Below, piece after piece: positions 49,519 to 60,805 of a stretch of DNA of 64,000 bases. Origin of the DNA: an uncultured Candidatus Rokubacteria bacterium (lineage in GTDB: Bacteria; Methylomirabilota; Methylomirabilia; Rokubacteriales; DASRDR01); contig CAVPSB010000029.1 of NCBI GenBank assembly GCA_963708025.1, forward strand, positions 64,001 through 128,000, written 5' to 3'. The notes beneath the pieces are model-generated. The model worked only from the letters and a program-made list of their open reading frames with translations, was not told the origin of the DNA and did no database searches. Within the stretch, counting starts at the first letter, position 1. Each line of letters starts with the position of its first letter. Position numbers and translations under genes: made by a program.

Positions 49519-49826
49519 GAGTCGGTTACTCGACCGCTGGGGCGCTGGTGGCGACGCCTACCGTGGGTCCGGATTTCGCTGGAGCGCTCGTCGGCGTCGG
49601 CGACGACACGCTCCAGTCCACCGAGCACGGCTGGGCCACGGTCCCGACCGTGAACCATCACGACCCACACCTTCGCCGTCTCGGTACTGATGATGAGCGT
49701 TCGGCCGCCGCCTAGCATGGCACGGGCTCCGCCACCTGAGGCCGCCGGCAAGCGTCTCGACGCCACCGCCAGCATATCCTGCGCGGTGAGCCCGACGTGC
49801 ACCGGCGGCCGATTTCCGGTCGGGCC

Positions 49827-50205
49827 TTACCGGCCGCCTCTCGTCGGTCGCGGTTTTGTTCTTACTCTTTTCCTGCCCGGCGTCCGCCTGCCCGGCGTCG
49901 GCCTCTTCTTGGGCTTCCTGGACGGTCTCTCGTAGACATCGATGTCTTCGTCCCTGTAATAGAGCCGAAAGCCGGCGGTGTCCCAGAGGTCACGCTCCGG
50001 AACTGTCAGGGGTCTCCGGCGGGGTTGCCGGCGCCGATCGGCATCCACAGGCAGGCCCTCCGCACGCCGCTCTGCCCGTCGGCGGTCGAGGATCACCTCG
50101 AACCCGCTCGTCTGACTGGAAGTTTCGACGCAAGTCCGCGTACAGTTCGCGTCGCTCCTGTTGCACGATGATGAGCCACCGAGGGAGCTGAGTCTTGTCA
50201 GTCAC
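49827..50205 (-). CDS. Arg-rich hypothetical protein with DRR/ERR motifs (frameshift near 50097)
   Basis: WLIIVQQERRELYADLRRNFQSDERVR / VILDRRRAERR...DRRR. Confidence 0.6.
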
Positions 50206-50665
50206 TGAAGATCACCTCCGTGCCGTGGGCGCCTCAGCGCCAGTTGTCACCGACGTAGGCGCTGGTATGCCGAACTGCCACGTGCCACTGATGGCCATCG
50301 GGGCTGGAGCGCATGGGCTCGCCAGATTCGATGGACGGTGCTACGTGCGATACGCCGACGAGGGACGCGCACATCGCGGCTCGTCCGGTGCCGAGCCTGG
50401 CGCCGGCGGTCTCGAGCGTGGGCCCGACGACCTGCGCCCGCGTCCGGGCGCTCACCGTCGGCAGCGGGCCTGACCGCGCCGCTCGTGCAGCCCTGCCCCT
50501 CTTCTTCCGAGAACCGCTGGGCGCATCCGGTGTGGCCGGTCCACGTTGCCGCCTCCACGCCCGACCCAGGTCGAGCTTGATACGATTCGCCTCGGTCAGT
50601 ACGATGGGGCGAGGCTGGTTGGGAATCGCTCCCTCCCCAAATGCCATGGCCTATACTAACCAATA

Positions 50666-50813
50666 CTAGTGTCCCGTCCCAGAGATTCGATGGCAAATTC
50701 GGGCCAGGATCTCGTCGGCCGTCTTCGTCCGGATGAAAGGCATGGGCTCCGCGTTGATAACGGCGATGGTACTGCCGGATCGCCGCTTCGAGGGCCGGCG
50801 TGCTTCGATGCAC
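50666..50813 (-). mobile_element. IS630-family transposase 3' remnant with element end
   Basis: HRSTPALEAAIRQY / NAEPMPFIRTKTADEILARICHRISGTGH*; terminates in ...GGGACACTAG. Confidence 0.75.
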
Positions 50814-51532
50814 GTCGCGGCAAAATCCGCCTCGGCTCGGACGACGACGACGTGCAGTGCGGATTCGTAAGTGAGCGCGACGCTCGTGTCCCTCCGCTCG
50901 TGCAAGGCGAGCAGCCGAAACGCGGGATCTTCGGCCAGGGGTCTGCGTAGCCCGCCGGGCAGTTGTAGACGGACTGACGGAACAGATCAGGCAGGGGAAT
51001 TGGCGGTCGCGTCCGGTGCGGGGTCGTGAGGTGTCGCTCGATTAGGTTCAGGATCTTGGCCGAGCCTCTCGGTGTTCCTGCATGCAGCGGTAGGCCGCCG
51101 CAGGATTCCCGGACTCGAGATGCGGGCTGACCTCGGATGGAATGGGGCAGCGGGGTGCCCAGAGTGTGAAAAGATTTTCCTCAAAGGGGCGTCCCTCCAT
51201 CCCCCCGGGCATCCCAGTCGGACGCTCACAGCCCGCATCGGGGCTGTTTCATCAATGAATTCCGATTCTTCGTAAGATGCTCTCGTCCGCGGGCGCCGCG
51301 CTCGTGGATGGAGGTTGCTCGAAGCTTTCGGCTCCCGTCATTGGCATTTGTCTTGCGCTAACGCTCTCGTGCAATGGGGATCGGGAAGGACGCTGCTGCG
51401 CGACACGACAGAGATGGGGAGGGCGCGAATCACCACCAACGGGCTCGTTGACAGTCCGCATGCCGCGAGGGAGCGACTGGGACGGCCGATCAGCGGGAGC
51501 CGCGAATCGCGCGGCACCTGCCGGCGACTGAC

Positions 51533-52375
51533 GTGACGACGGCGGTCTATACACCGGATCCCCAACTCCGGAGACCGGGCCGACTGGTTCACGAGATGAT
51601 TCGTGACCTGTCCGCCTCCCGGGAGCTGGCCTGGCGTATCTGCGCCCGTAACATAACCGCCCAGTATCGGCAGACCGCTCTGGGGTACGTCTGGGCGGTC
51701 GTCCCCCCCCTGATGACCAGCCTCGTCTTCATTCTGCTCGATTCCTCGAACCTCCTGAGGACGGGCGACACCGGCATTCCCTATCCCGTGTACGTCTTGA
51801 TGGGAACTGTGTCATTTAGCTTCTTTCTCGATGCGCTCAACGCCCCCCTGGCGGCGGTCGGCGGATCGCGCGGGGTGCTGGCGAAGATCAACTTTCCTCG
51901 GGAGGCACTCCTGCTCGCCGCGGTGGGACAGGTACTCTTCAGCTTCGCCGTGAAGCTCGCGCTGGTCGCGGCGGTCTTGCTGGCGTTTCGAGTCCCGGTG
52001 CAGCCGACGGCAGCACTGGCAGCGGTTCCCCTGGCGGGGCTGTTGATGATGGGCGTCGCGCTCGGAGTTCTGCTCATTCCCATCGGCGCGCTGTTCCAGG
52101 ACGTCGTGCACGGCCTGGCCATGGTGGGCACTGGCCTCGTGTTCTTGACGCCCGCCGCCTATCCGCCTCCCCGCCACGGCCTCCTCGGTGTCCTGACGGC
52201 CTGGAATCCGCTGACCCCGCTGATCATGGCGGCCCGTGACTTGGTCGTGCTCGGGTCGAGCAGCTATATGGTGCCCATGATCATCGTTGTGCTGGTCACG
52301 ATGGTGGTGCTCCTTCTGGCCTGGGTTGTGTTCCGGTTGGCCATGCCGATCCTCATCGAACGAATGGGGAGCTGA
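51533..52375 (+). CDS. wzm: Polysaccharide ABC transporter permease
   Basis: QYRQTALGYVWAVVPP, KINFPRE, FLTPAAYP and NPLT motifs. Confidence 0.92.
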   Translation: MTTAVYTPDPQLRRPGRLVHEMIRDLSASRELAWRICARNITAQYRQTALGYVWAVVPPLMTSLVFILLDSSNLLRTGDTGIPYPVYVLMGTVSFSFFLDALNAPLAAVGGSRGVLAKINFPREALLLAAVGQVLFSFAVKLALVAAVLLAFRVPVQPTAALAAVPLAGLLMMGVALGVLLIPIGALFQDVVHGLAMVGTGLVFLTPAAYPPPRHGLLGVLTAWNPLTPLIMAARDLVVLGSSSYMVPMIIVVLVTMVVLLLAWVVFRLAMPILIERMGS

Positions 52376-53826
52376 TGAGCGGAGAGGTACTCATCGAGGT
52401 CGAGGGAATCTGGAAGAAGTTCTGCCGCCGCCTCAGGCATTCGCTATGGTACGGCCTGAGTGATCTCGCAAGGGAGATGACAGCTCGGCCTCATCGCGGG
52501 ACCAACCTGCGAGCCAACGAGTTCTGGGCACTCCGGGACGTGTCGTTCTCAGTGCGGCGGGGCGAGATGATGGCTTTGATCGGTCGGAATGGCGCCGGGA
52601 AGAGCACGCTGCTGAAGATGCTCAACGGAATCATGCGGCCGGACCAGGGGCGAATCACCATGCGTGGGAGGGTCCAGGCGCTGATCGAGCTGGGCGCGGG
52701 ATTCAGCCCCATTCTGTCCGCCCGGGAGAACGTGTACATCAATGCCGCCGTGTTGGGGATGCGACGGGCGGACGTCGATCGAGCGCTTCCGGAGATCATT
52801 GACTTTGCGGGCTTAGAGGACTTCGTGGAGACGCCGCTGCAAAGCTTCAGCTCGGGGATGAAGGCTCGGCTCGCCTTTGCCGTGGCGACACAGCTGGACC
52901 CGGATGTGCTGCTCATCGATGAGGTTCTCGCCGTCGGCGACATGGCGTTCCAGGAAAAGTGCATGCGTCGGATGGAAGCGTTTCGCCGATCGAACAAGGC
53001 GATCATCTTTGTCACTCACAGCCTCTATCAGGTCGAGGCCATGTGTAACAGAGCGTTGTGGCTCGACGACAGCGGCGTGGTCTGCTATGGCGCCGCCAGC
53101 GATGTGGTCCGGGCATATCTGGATGCCCAGGAAAAGCGAGCCATCGCCGAGGCCCACGCGGAGGGAGTCGCGTACCAAGCGCGAGCGATCGCCGCCACCC
53201 GGACATACTTTCAAGCGAGAGACGAGGAGAGGGCGAAGGTAACCCGAGACGCGCTGTCCCGCAGTGAGCCGGTCCAGGGTCGAGCCGCCCAGATCCTTGA
53301 GCCCGCCCGAAGTGAGCCGATCCAGATTCGAGCCGTCGAGATCCTGGATGGAACAGGCCAACCTTGTACCGAACTTCCGTTCCTATCCGATCTGAGGGTG
53401 CGCATTCAATACGAAGCAATGGAGCCCATCGAGCGACCGCTCTTCGGCCTGAAATTCTTCACCGAGGAGCGCGACGTCTTCGAAGCCAGCATGCTGGCGG
53501 ACGGGCCCGGCCCGGAGCAGGTGGAGGGTCCGGGAGTCGTTGAGTGTCGGATCCCGCGGCTTCCACTTACGCCAAAGGCCTATCGGGTGGTGCTCAGCGG
53601 TTTCCGGTCCGGGGCTGCATTCGCGGAGGTCATGACCATGCGCACGGTCGCCCATTTTCGGGTGACCGACGAGGGAATGGGCCGCGTGTCGATGCGGGGC
53701 CCTCTGGCGCTGACTCATTTGCGTCAAGGATCACCGGTGTACGTGCCGCGAACGTGGCACTTCTACAACGGTCACGGGGGTGAACCTGTCGCCACCGTGG
53801 AGGCGTATGTCGCCGAGTCTCGATGA
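52375..53826 (+). CDS. wzt: Polysaccharide ABC transporter ATPase with a C-terminal Wzt_C domain
   Basis: FWALRDVSF, GRNGAGKST, FSSGMKARLAF and DEVLAVGD motifs. Confidence 0.93.
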   Translation: MSGEVLIEVEGIWKKFCRRLRHSLWYGLSDLAREMTARPHRGTNLRANEFWALRDVSFSVRRGEMMALIGRNGAGKSTLLKMLNGIMRPDQGRITMRGRVQALIELGAGFSPILSARENVYINAAVLGMRRADVDRALPEIIDFAGLEDFVETPLQSFSSGMKARLAFAVATQLDPDVLLIDEVLAVGDMAFQEKCMRRMEAFRRSNKAIIFVTHSLYQVEAMCNRALWLDDSGVVCYGAASDVVRAYLDAQEKRAIAEAHAEGVAYQARAIAATRTYFQARDEERAKVTRDALSRSEPVQGRAAQILEPARSEPIQIRAVEILDGTGQPCTELPFLSDLRVRIQYEAMEPIERPLFGLKFFTEERDVFEASMLADGPGPEQVEGPGVVECRIPRLPLTPKAYRVVLSGFRSGAAFAEVMTMRTVAHFRVTDEGMGRVSMRGPLALTHLRQGSPVYVPRTWHFYNGHGGEPVATVEAYVAESR

Positions 53827-53946
53827 TTAGACGATCCTGGTTGGGCAAACCTCGGGTGAGCGCCTGGGCGAGCTTCAGGTTGGCTACGACCTGTTCAACA
53901 ACTGGCTTGAACACCACATGCTAGAAGCTCAGGACTCTACGACCCG

Positions 53947-55260
53947 ATGAGTAGGCTAAGCGAAGTCGCCCGGCTCGCGGGCCGGCTCTTTGGAGCCGTA
54001 GGAGGGCGTCCGAGAATTCTTCTCCTCAACGACACGCGCGACCAGAACAATTGGGGAAGTGTCGCCCTGACGGAGGCACTGCTCGCTATTCTGAAAGATG
54101 CCTGCCCGGAGATGGAGCTGCGATGCATTCCCTCGATCAGCCTCTGGAGCTCCACGTCTCCGCGTGGCGCGACGACCATGGTGCTGCCCGAGCTCGCGGA
54201 CGACTATGAGGAGACGGCTTCCGCGTGGCAGTCGGGGCGAGGGGGACCCGAAGCGGATGCGTTCATCCGGCAAGTTCAATGGGCGGATCTGGTGATTTAC
54301 AATGGTGAGGGCAGCATATACCGGCGGAACCACAGCGCCGTCAAAGCGCTGTTCATGTCCTGGTACGCGCGCAAGATCCTCGCCAAGCCCTGTGCGTATC
54401 TGAACGGGGGACTGCATCTCACGCACGTCGAGCCGTTTCTCCCACCCATGGCGCGCAAGACGCTGCTCGAGCTCGACGCGGTAACCATCCGCGAAAGCTG
54501 GTCGTTCAAGTGTGCGCAGGAATTCGTACCAGGCGTCGAAGCGGAGCTCCTACCCGATTCGGTATTCTACTACGCTTGCCAATCCACTGCGGCTCCGGTG
54601 CCGACACGCGCCCCGAAGGATCTGGCGTCGGAGGATTACTTCTGCGTGGCGGGAGGACAGATGCCGCACTCTCTAGTACGCGGCAAAGACGCTCCTCTCT
54701 GCCGTCTCATTCAGGCGCTGCAGAGGAAGGGATTGAGGGCGATTATCCTGGCGCGGGAGGACGAGGACCAGTACCTCGCCCGAGTCGCCGAGATGTGCGG
54801 ATGCACCTTCTATGGTCGCGAGCTGGGAGTGGGCGAAGTGCAGGACGTCCTCCGCTCCGCCGCATTGCAGCTCAGCGGCCGTTATCACCACTTCATCTTT
54901 GGCGCTCTCTGGGGCGTTCCATCGATCGGGTTTTCAGCCATGTCCCATAAAGTTCAGGGCCTTGCCGAGTGGTTCGGGCCCTTGCTCAAGCCAGTGCGCA
55001 ACAGCACCATGCTAGGGATGGAATGGGAAGAGACGATGGCTCAGGCCGAATCCTATCTGGCGGGTGGAGTTCAGTTCCGGCAGCAGATCGCACACCGCGC
55101 CCGCGAACTGGGGGAGTTGACCCGGCGCTACGGAGCCATCGCCGCTTCACTGGCCAGTCGTCCTACTCAGGCGACAGCGTTCGAGCGGAGCAAAGGGCGT
55201 TCGATCGCCTCGAACGGCGGGACCGGCTCATCGAGCGATCCGCGCCGAACTTCTGAATAG
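53947..55260 (+). CDS. Polysaccharide pyruvyl transferase family protein
   Basis: NWGS, VTIRE..S, PDSVF, SGRYH and HKVQG motifs. Confidence 0.75.
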   Translation: MSRLSEVARLAGRLFGAVGGRPRILLLNDTRDQNNWGSVALTEALLAILKDACPEMELRCIPSISLWSSTSPRGATTMVLPELADDYEETASAWQSGRGGPEADAFIRQVQWADLVIYNGEGSIYRRNHSAVKALFMSWYARKILAKPCAYLNGGLHLTHVEPFLPPMARKTLLELDAVTIRESWSFKCAQEFVPGVEAELLPDSVFYYACQSTAAPVPTRAPKDLASEDYFCVAGGQMPHSLVRGKDAPLCRLIQALQRKGLRAIILAREDEDQYLARVAEMCGCTFYGRELGVGEVQDVLRSAALQLSGRYHHFIFGALWGVPSIGFSAMSHKVQGLAEWFGPLLKPVRNSTMLGMEWEETMAQAESYLAGGVQFRQQIAHRARELGELTRRYGAIAASLASRPTQATAFERSKGRSIASNGGTGSSSDPRRTSE

Positions 55261-55770
55261 TTCGGCGAATGAGAACTGAACACGTGTCCCTCTGGGATGC
55301 GAGCGATGGACCCGGGACTCTTCGCGTGTGTGCGCGGTGATGGCATGCTGGTCGAAGTTCCGTGCCGCCAGAACGTCGGTGACAATCTCGTCCGACTACG
55401 CGAGGAATGCGCAGGTAAGGGGTCGAGCACCAGCGGCTCGCATCTGTCGGCAACGACCATAACGATCTAGCATACGTCTGCACGCCGAGATCGGCTTGAG
55501 CTACCACGGCGACCTCTCCATCGGCAACCGTTCGATCGACGCCCCTGTCGTCGCGGGCTGCGACGCACGAAATGTCCAACAACCACACCAGATCCTCTTG
55601 CCCCACTCGAGGTCAGGGCGGTTGCCCGGAAGACGCGATCGCATGAGCGTGAGCACAGTCGAAGAAATCGAGGCGGCGGCGTCCTTGGATCGCTCGAGAC
55701 TCATCCTGCCACACCGCACCGGCGTCTATCCTGCATGCCTCTTCGCTTCGCAGGGAAGCCCGATCCACCC

Positions 55771-57411
55771 ATGAGGCTACTCGACACGCTGCGCGGCCTT
55801 GCGACGAGGAGGGGCTCTGCTGCCAGAGCCTGCGACACTCCCGACCTACTGGTCCGATTCAAAGCGCTGATGACCACCCGGAAGCCGCGTCTATCGGCAT
55901 CCGAAAAGCTGTTTCCCCGCGTAGGGTTCGCCTCCTTTGGCGCTGGGGCCAATCACCTCGTCATCGATTGTCTGCTCGCCCACGCGCTCCAACTTCGTGG
56001 AGCCGCCTGCCAACTGCTGGTTTGCGATCTACCGGAACTTCCCGGCTGCGACGAACGCCTTATCGTATCCGAGAACAACCATCGCTGCGCAGGCTGCATC
56101 TCACCCAAGCTTCCGTTCCTGGAAGCGTCCGGCCTGGACTGGGTAAGACTGAGCGGCTTCCTCGACGATCCCGCCGCCACTCTGACCTTGGCCGCCGAGG
56201 CCGTTGGCGCTTGCACCGACGACGAGCTCACACGGTTCGAGTACGAGGGCTGGAAGCTGGGCGAGTGGCTTGGGTCTTCCGTCGCCTCTTTTCTTCGGAG
56301 CGATAGCCACGGAATGCGTCCCGAGGTGATCGAGGCTCGCCGCCGCTACCTGACAAGTGGCATCGTGGCCCTCATCGCTGCCCGCCGCTGGATCGATACG
56401 TGGCGTCCCGATATCCTCATCGTCATCAGCGGCCGCCACATTTTCTGGCGCGCAGCCAGGGAGGTCGCGCAGTCCAGGGGGATCAAGGTGGTGTCTCGCG
56501 AGATGTTCAACGAAGACTTCGACTGTCACATCTATGCGGTCAATTCGAGTTGCGAGGATCCCGCGATGCCCGACGCCTGGGCTCAAGCTCGCGACACGCC
56601 GCTCACCGCCTCGCAGGAAAGGCTAGTGGCCGGATATCTGAAGGGGCTTCCCGCCTATGCCCGTCAGGTGGCAAACGATCCCGTGCTCGAAACGCGGACG
56701 TCGGCCATCCGAACCGAACTCGGGCTGGCCCCGGATCGACGCATGATTGTCCTCTTCACGAATGTGACATGGGATCTGTTCGTCGCCGAGCGGGACTCCG
56801 CATTCGACGGGCAGATGCAGTGGATCGCCGCCACCCTCGATTTCATCCGGCGGCACCCGGAACTCGATCTCGTCGTGCGCGCACACCCCGCGGAGATCGT
56901 GCCGAAGTTTCGCACACGCGGACGCATTGTCCGCCAGATCGAGGAAGCATTCGCTCCTCTTCCTCAGAATCTGCGCATGGTCGGGCCCGAGAGCGCTATC
57001 TCTTCGGACGTGCTCCGGGCGATGGCTTCTCTGAATCTCGTCTACTGCGCTTCGGTGGGTCTGGAAGCGGTCATTGCCGGTCAGCCGGTGCTGATCTGCG
57101 GGAATCCGTACTACGCGCGGAAAGGGTTCACGATCGATGTGGAGTCGCCTGGACACTACGATCGCCTTCTGGAGGATCATGCCGCGGGAAGAGCGCCCAC
57201 TTCGCCCTCCGCGAGCGTGGATCTGGCCCGGAGATTCCTGTACCTGTTCAGATTCCGTTATGGGATGCGGATGGGGCTGACCACCGACGACGTGACGGCG
57301 ACCGCGCTGAAGGTTCGCAGTTTCGATCGACTGGAGCCCGGCGTGTCGCTCCCATTGGACACGGCGTGCGATGGCATTCTCCACCGCGATGAGATTCTTC
57401 TCCCTAGCTAA
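55771..57411 (+). CDS. Capsule biosynthesis/GT-B-like protein (KpsS/Capsule_synth-like)
   Basis: VVRAHPAE and SVGLEAVIAGQPVLICGNPYY motifs; N-terminal Cys cluster. Confidence 0.6.
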   Translation: MRLLDTLRGLATRRGSAARACDTPDLLVRFKALMTTRKPRLSASEKLFPRVGFASFGAGANHLVIDCLLAHALQLRGAACQLLVCDLPELPGCDERLIVSENNHRCAGCISPKLPFLEASGLDWVRLSGFLDDPAATLTLAAEAVGACTDDELTRFEYEGWKLGEWLGSSVASFLRSDSHGMRPEVIEARRRYLTSGIVALIAARRWIDTWRPDILIVISGRHIFWRAAREVAQSRGIKVVSREMFNEDFDCHIYAVNSSCEDPAMPDAWAQARDTPLTASQERLVAGYLKGLPAYARQVANDPVLETRTSAIRTELGLAPDRRMIVLFTNVTWDLFVAERDSAFDGQMQWIAATLDFIRRHPELDLVVRAHPAEIVPKFRTRGRIVRQIEEAFAPLPQNLRMVGPESAISSDVLRAMASLNLVYCASVGLEAVIAGQPVLICGNPYYARKGFTIDVESPGHYDRLLEDHAAGRAPTSPSASVDLARRFLYLFRFRYGMRMGLTTDDVTATALKVRSFDRLEPGVSLPLDTACDGILHRDEILLPS

Positions 57412-57427
57412 GCCCTCTGCTTGGCGA

Positions 57428-58361
57428 GTGAGCCGCCGGCGTGTCGAGACCCGAAAGTTCATCTTTCTCTATCACCGGATTGCCTCTCCACAGCACGATC
57501 CCTTCGCGCTGGCGGTCCCGGAGAGCTGGTTTCAGGATCACTTGGACATCCTGAGGTCCCACTGCCGGCTGGTGACCCTCGACGAGATCCTCGACACCGG
57601 TGCTGCCAACTCCCCCATACTCGCTTCGATCAGCTTCGACGATGGGTATACCGACAACCTGACGACGGCGTCGCCGATCCTGCGCCTGGCGGGGATCCCC
57701 GCCACGTTCTTCATCTGCACCGGCTGTCTGGGCGATGTACGAGGATTCTGGTGGGACCGCCTTGCGAGCGCGATTGCTGCCGCGGATACGCTCTCGTCCG
57801 AATCTGCGCCCATGAAGATGCTCTCGGTGACGGATGATTTGAGCAGCCCCGAAGCTCGGAGGAAGGCGACGCTGGAGATCGCTGCGCGCCTGCAACGCAT
57901 GCACCCCTCCGATAGGGACCGGGTCGTGGCGGATCTCGAGAACGTCCTGCTCGCCGGAGGCAGCGGCAAAACCGAACCGTGCCCGGTCCTGGATGAGGCT
58001 GGAGTGCGGGAACTCGGCTCGCAACCGCTTGCACAGCTCGGCGCACATACGCACAGTCACGCGATGCTGTCCATGCTCACGCGTGAGGAACAGCTCGCTG
58101 AGATCAATCGTAGCGTCACGAAACTCCAGGACATCACCGGGACAAGACCCCGGTTCGTCGCGTATCCGTACGGGGGCGAGCAGGACTACAACACAGATTC
58201 GTGTCTGGCAGCCAGGGACGCGGCGCTACGAGGCGGCGTTCGTCAACCACGCGGCCCGATTCGATCCCAAGGGCCAGCCCTATCGCGTTCCCCGGTACTA
58301 CGTGCCACCCCTCCCGGCCGACGAGTTTCGCACCTGGTTGCGTGGAATCCTACGCGCGTGA
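57428..58361 (+). CDS. Polysaccharide deacetylase (frameshift near 58225)
   Basis: LYHRI, SFDDGY, ATFFI, GAHTHSH and AYPYG motifs. Confidence 0.85.
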
Positions 58362-59051
58362 AAGGCCTTCGACGCATCGCTCGCATGCTGCGCAGAGGAT
58401 TTCGCGTGGCCCGAGGGCGTCTGCTCCTCGCCGGAGGCGTTCAGCCCGTGAGCCGAACCTTCGGGTACGAGCGCGGACAGCCCATTCATCGATACTATGT
58501 GCAGCGATTCTTCGAGAGCCACTCGAGCCAGATCCGGGGCCGCTGTCTGGAATTTCACGATCCCGGGTATGTCCGCACCTACGGTGAAGGGAGGCCGTCG
58601 CGGATAGACGTACTCGATCTGAGCGCGGAGAACCCGCACGCGACCATCGTCGCGGACATGACCAAGCCGAACGACCTCCCCTCCGACACGTTCGACTGCA
58701 TCGTGTGCGTGCATGTTCTCCACCTCGTGTACGAGGCCGACGTCTTTACGAAGGAGCTTCATCGTCTCCTCGCTCCCGGAGGGCACGCTGCTTCTCGCAG
58801 TGCCGGGAACGTCCATGATCGATCCAAACTGGACTGAATACCGACGCTGGACCGGTCTAGGCGTCCAGACTTTGCTCCGCCAGTTCTTTCGCCCCTCCGA
58901 CATCGTGGTCGAAACGTACGGCAACTCGCTGGCCGCGGCGGCCGAGATGAGGGGTCTCGCCTCGGACGAAATCGCACCATGGGAATTGAACGCCAAGGAC
59001 GATCTCTTTCAGGTAGAGGTGTGCGGCCTAGCCGTCAAATCCAATGCTTGA
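58358..59051 (+). CDS. Class I SAM-dependent methyltransferase (frameshift near 58780)
   Basis: FGYERGQPIHRYY and FDCIVCVHVLH...LAPGG / TLLLAVP...VETYGN motifs. Confidence 0.8.
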
Positions 59052-59063
59052 CGGGATCCGCAT
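59025..59063 (+). repeat. 38-39-bp direct repeat, copy 1
   Basis: GGCCTAGCCGTCAAATCCAATGCTTGACGGGATCCGCAT. Confidence 0.9.
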
Positions 59064-59151
59064 AGAGGCGACGTTGGGCGCTCCGGACGCGTGGGGATTC
59101 GGGGCCCAGGGCCGAGCGGTGGTGGGGAGTTCCGTCACAAGGGGGGGAACC

Positions 59152-60048
59152 ATGAAGCTATACTTGGATCGTGAGAAACTCCTGGAGGTTGCCCGCACGA
59201 ACAGAGGGCGGTACGCGACCGCCGAGCCGTTCCCCCACGTCGTCCTCGATGGGCTGTTTCCCGAAGAGGCCCTGGACGGTGTCCTGCGGGAGTTCCCCGA
59301 GCCGGAGAGTCCCGTCTGGAAGGAATACAAGAACTATCACGAGGGGAAACTCGAGACCCAGGGCGAGGGGAACATCGGTGCCTTCACCTCGCTCCTGCTG
59401 TATCAGTTCAATTCAGCGCCGTTCCTGCAGTTTCTCGAGGAGCTGACTGGGATCAAGAATGTCATTCCCGATCCTTACTTTTACGGGGGCGGCCTGCATC
59501 AGATCCCGCGCGGCGGCAAGCTTGGGATCCACGCAGATTTCAGCAGCCATGGCAGGCTTCTCCTGGATCGACGGGTAAACGTCCTGATCTATCTGAACCG
59601 CGAGTGGAAGGACGAGTATGGCGGGCACTTGGAGCTCTGGGCGCGGGACATGTCCCAGTGCGTTCAGAAGGTCCTGCCGATTTACAACCGGACCGTCGTC
59701 TTCAGCATCACGGACTGGGCGTTCCACGGCCATCCGGAGGCTCTCACCTGCCCGGAAGGCATGACCCGGAAGTCCATCGCCCTCTACTACTTCACCAATG
59801 GACGCCCACCCGGAGAAACGAGACCGGACAAGCTCTCCACGCAGTTCGAACAGCGTCCCGGAGAAGTCGTGCCGCCGGGGACGATCTTCTCGCGCGGTCA
59901 GCACTATACGGGTGTCAAGGGGTCGAGCATTTCGCCGCAACAGCACCCCAAGGCCTCCGGTCTGCGTCCCGGTGCCAAGTGGGTCGTCAAGAAGGTGACG
60001 CCGCCGATCATCATCGACCTGGGACGGTACTTGATCGGGAGGCGCTAG
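59152..60048 (+). CDS. 2OG-Fe(II) oxygenase
   Basis: PFPHVVLD, GGGLH, IHAD, GGHLELW, FHGHP and RKSIALYY motifs. Confidence 0.9.
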   Translation: MKLYLDREKLLEVARTNRGRYATAEPFPHVVLDGLFPEEALDGVLREFPEPESPVWKEYKNYHEGKLETQGEGNIGAFTSLLLYQFNSAPFLQFLEELTGIKNVIPDPYFYGGGLHQIPRGGKLGIHADFSSHGRLLLDRRVNVLIYLNREWKDEYGGHLELWARDMSQCVQKVLPIYNRTVVFSITDWAFHGHPEALTCPEGMTRKSIALYYFTNGRPPGETRPDKLSTQFEQRPGEVVPPGTIFSRGQHYTGVKGSSISPQQHPKASGLRPGAKWVVKKVTPPIIIDLGRYLIGRR

Positions 60049-60072
60049 ATCCGCAAGTAGGAACTGAGCCCA

Positions 60073-60705
60073 ATGCACGACAACAGCCAGCTCATGTTTG
60101 ACCGCTACGCCAAGCCGTATTTCACCCCCGGCCAGCGCGTGCTCGAGATCGGGGCGACGCTGGACACATCGACCTACCGACGGTCGGTCGGCCTGCCCTC
60201 GATCACATGGGAGACGCTGGAGCTGACGGAGTGGGGATCACGACTGCCAGGCGTGACGTATGTCGCATTGGACGAATATCGCTATCCGATTCCCGAAAAC
60301 ACCTTTGACATCGTGGTATCGGCGAACGTGGCCGAGCATGTGCGGCAACTCTGGGCTTGGATGGCCGAGCTACGGCGGATCGTGAAGCCCGGCGGACTCA
60401 TCATCACCGTCGCGCCAATCTCGTGGCCGTATCACGACGCGCCGGGCGATTGCTGGCGCCTGTATCCCGAGGCCATGCGCGCGCTGTGTGACTACACCGA
60501 TCTGAAGCTCGAGCTTTGCGAGTTTGACTCGCTGGAGGCCGCTCGCTACTGCCGCGTGTGGCCAGGTCGCGGGCGGATCAGCGCGATCGGGGCCTCGCGA
60601 CGGCGGTATGCCTGTTTCCGCGTGCTCTCGTGGTTGGGCTACGCTGTGGAGGTCGCCTATGACCTGATTGCGGTCGCGCGCAAACCGACCGAGGTTGCAG
60701 GATAG
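60073..60705 (+). CDS. SAM-dependent methyltransferase
   Basis: VLEIG, FDIVVS...EHV, KPGG and YHDAPGDCWR motifs. Confidence 0.88.
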   Translation: MHDNSQLMFDRYAKPYFTPGQRVLEIGATLDTSTYRRSVGLPSITWETLELTEWGSRLPGVTYVALDEYRYPIPENTFDIVVSANVAEHVRQLWAWMAELRRIVKPGGLIITVAPISWPYHDAPGDCWRLYPEAMRALCDYTDLKLELCEFDSLEAARYCRVWPGRGRISAIGASRRRYACFRVLSWLGYAVEVAYDLIAVARKPTEVAG

Positions 60706-60805
60706 AACCACATCACGGGGCGACCCGATCGGTTGTCGGCCGGGTCGAAACCGCCATCAGCCAACCTTGTCGATCACGCCACAGGTCTCCGAAAGTCGAG
60801 GCATG

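Noticed and set aside
57371-58837. Deacetylase-methyltransferase fusion
   Set aside because: Caused by a frameshift near 58225; the deacetylase ends at 58361, overlapping the methyltransferase GTG.
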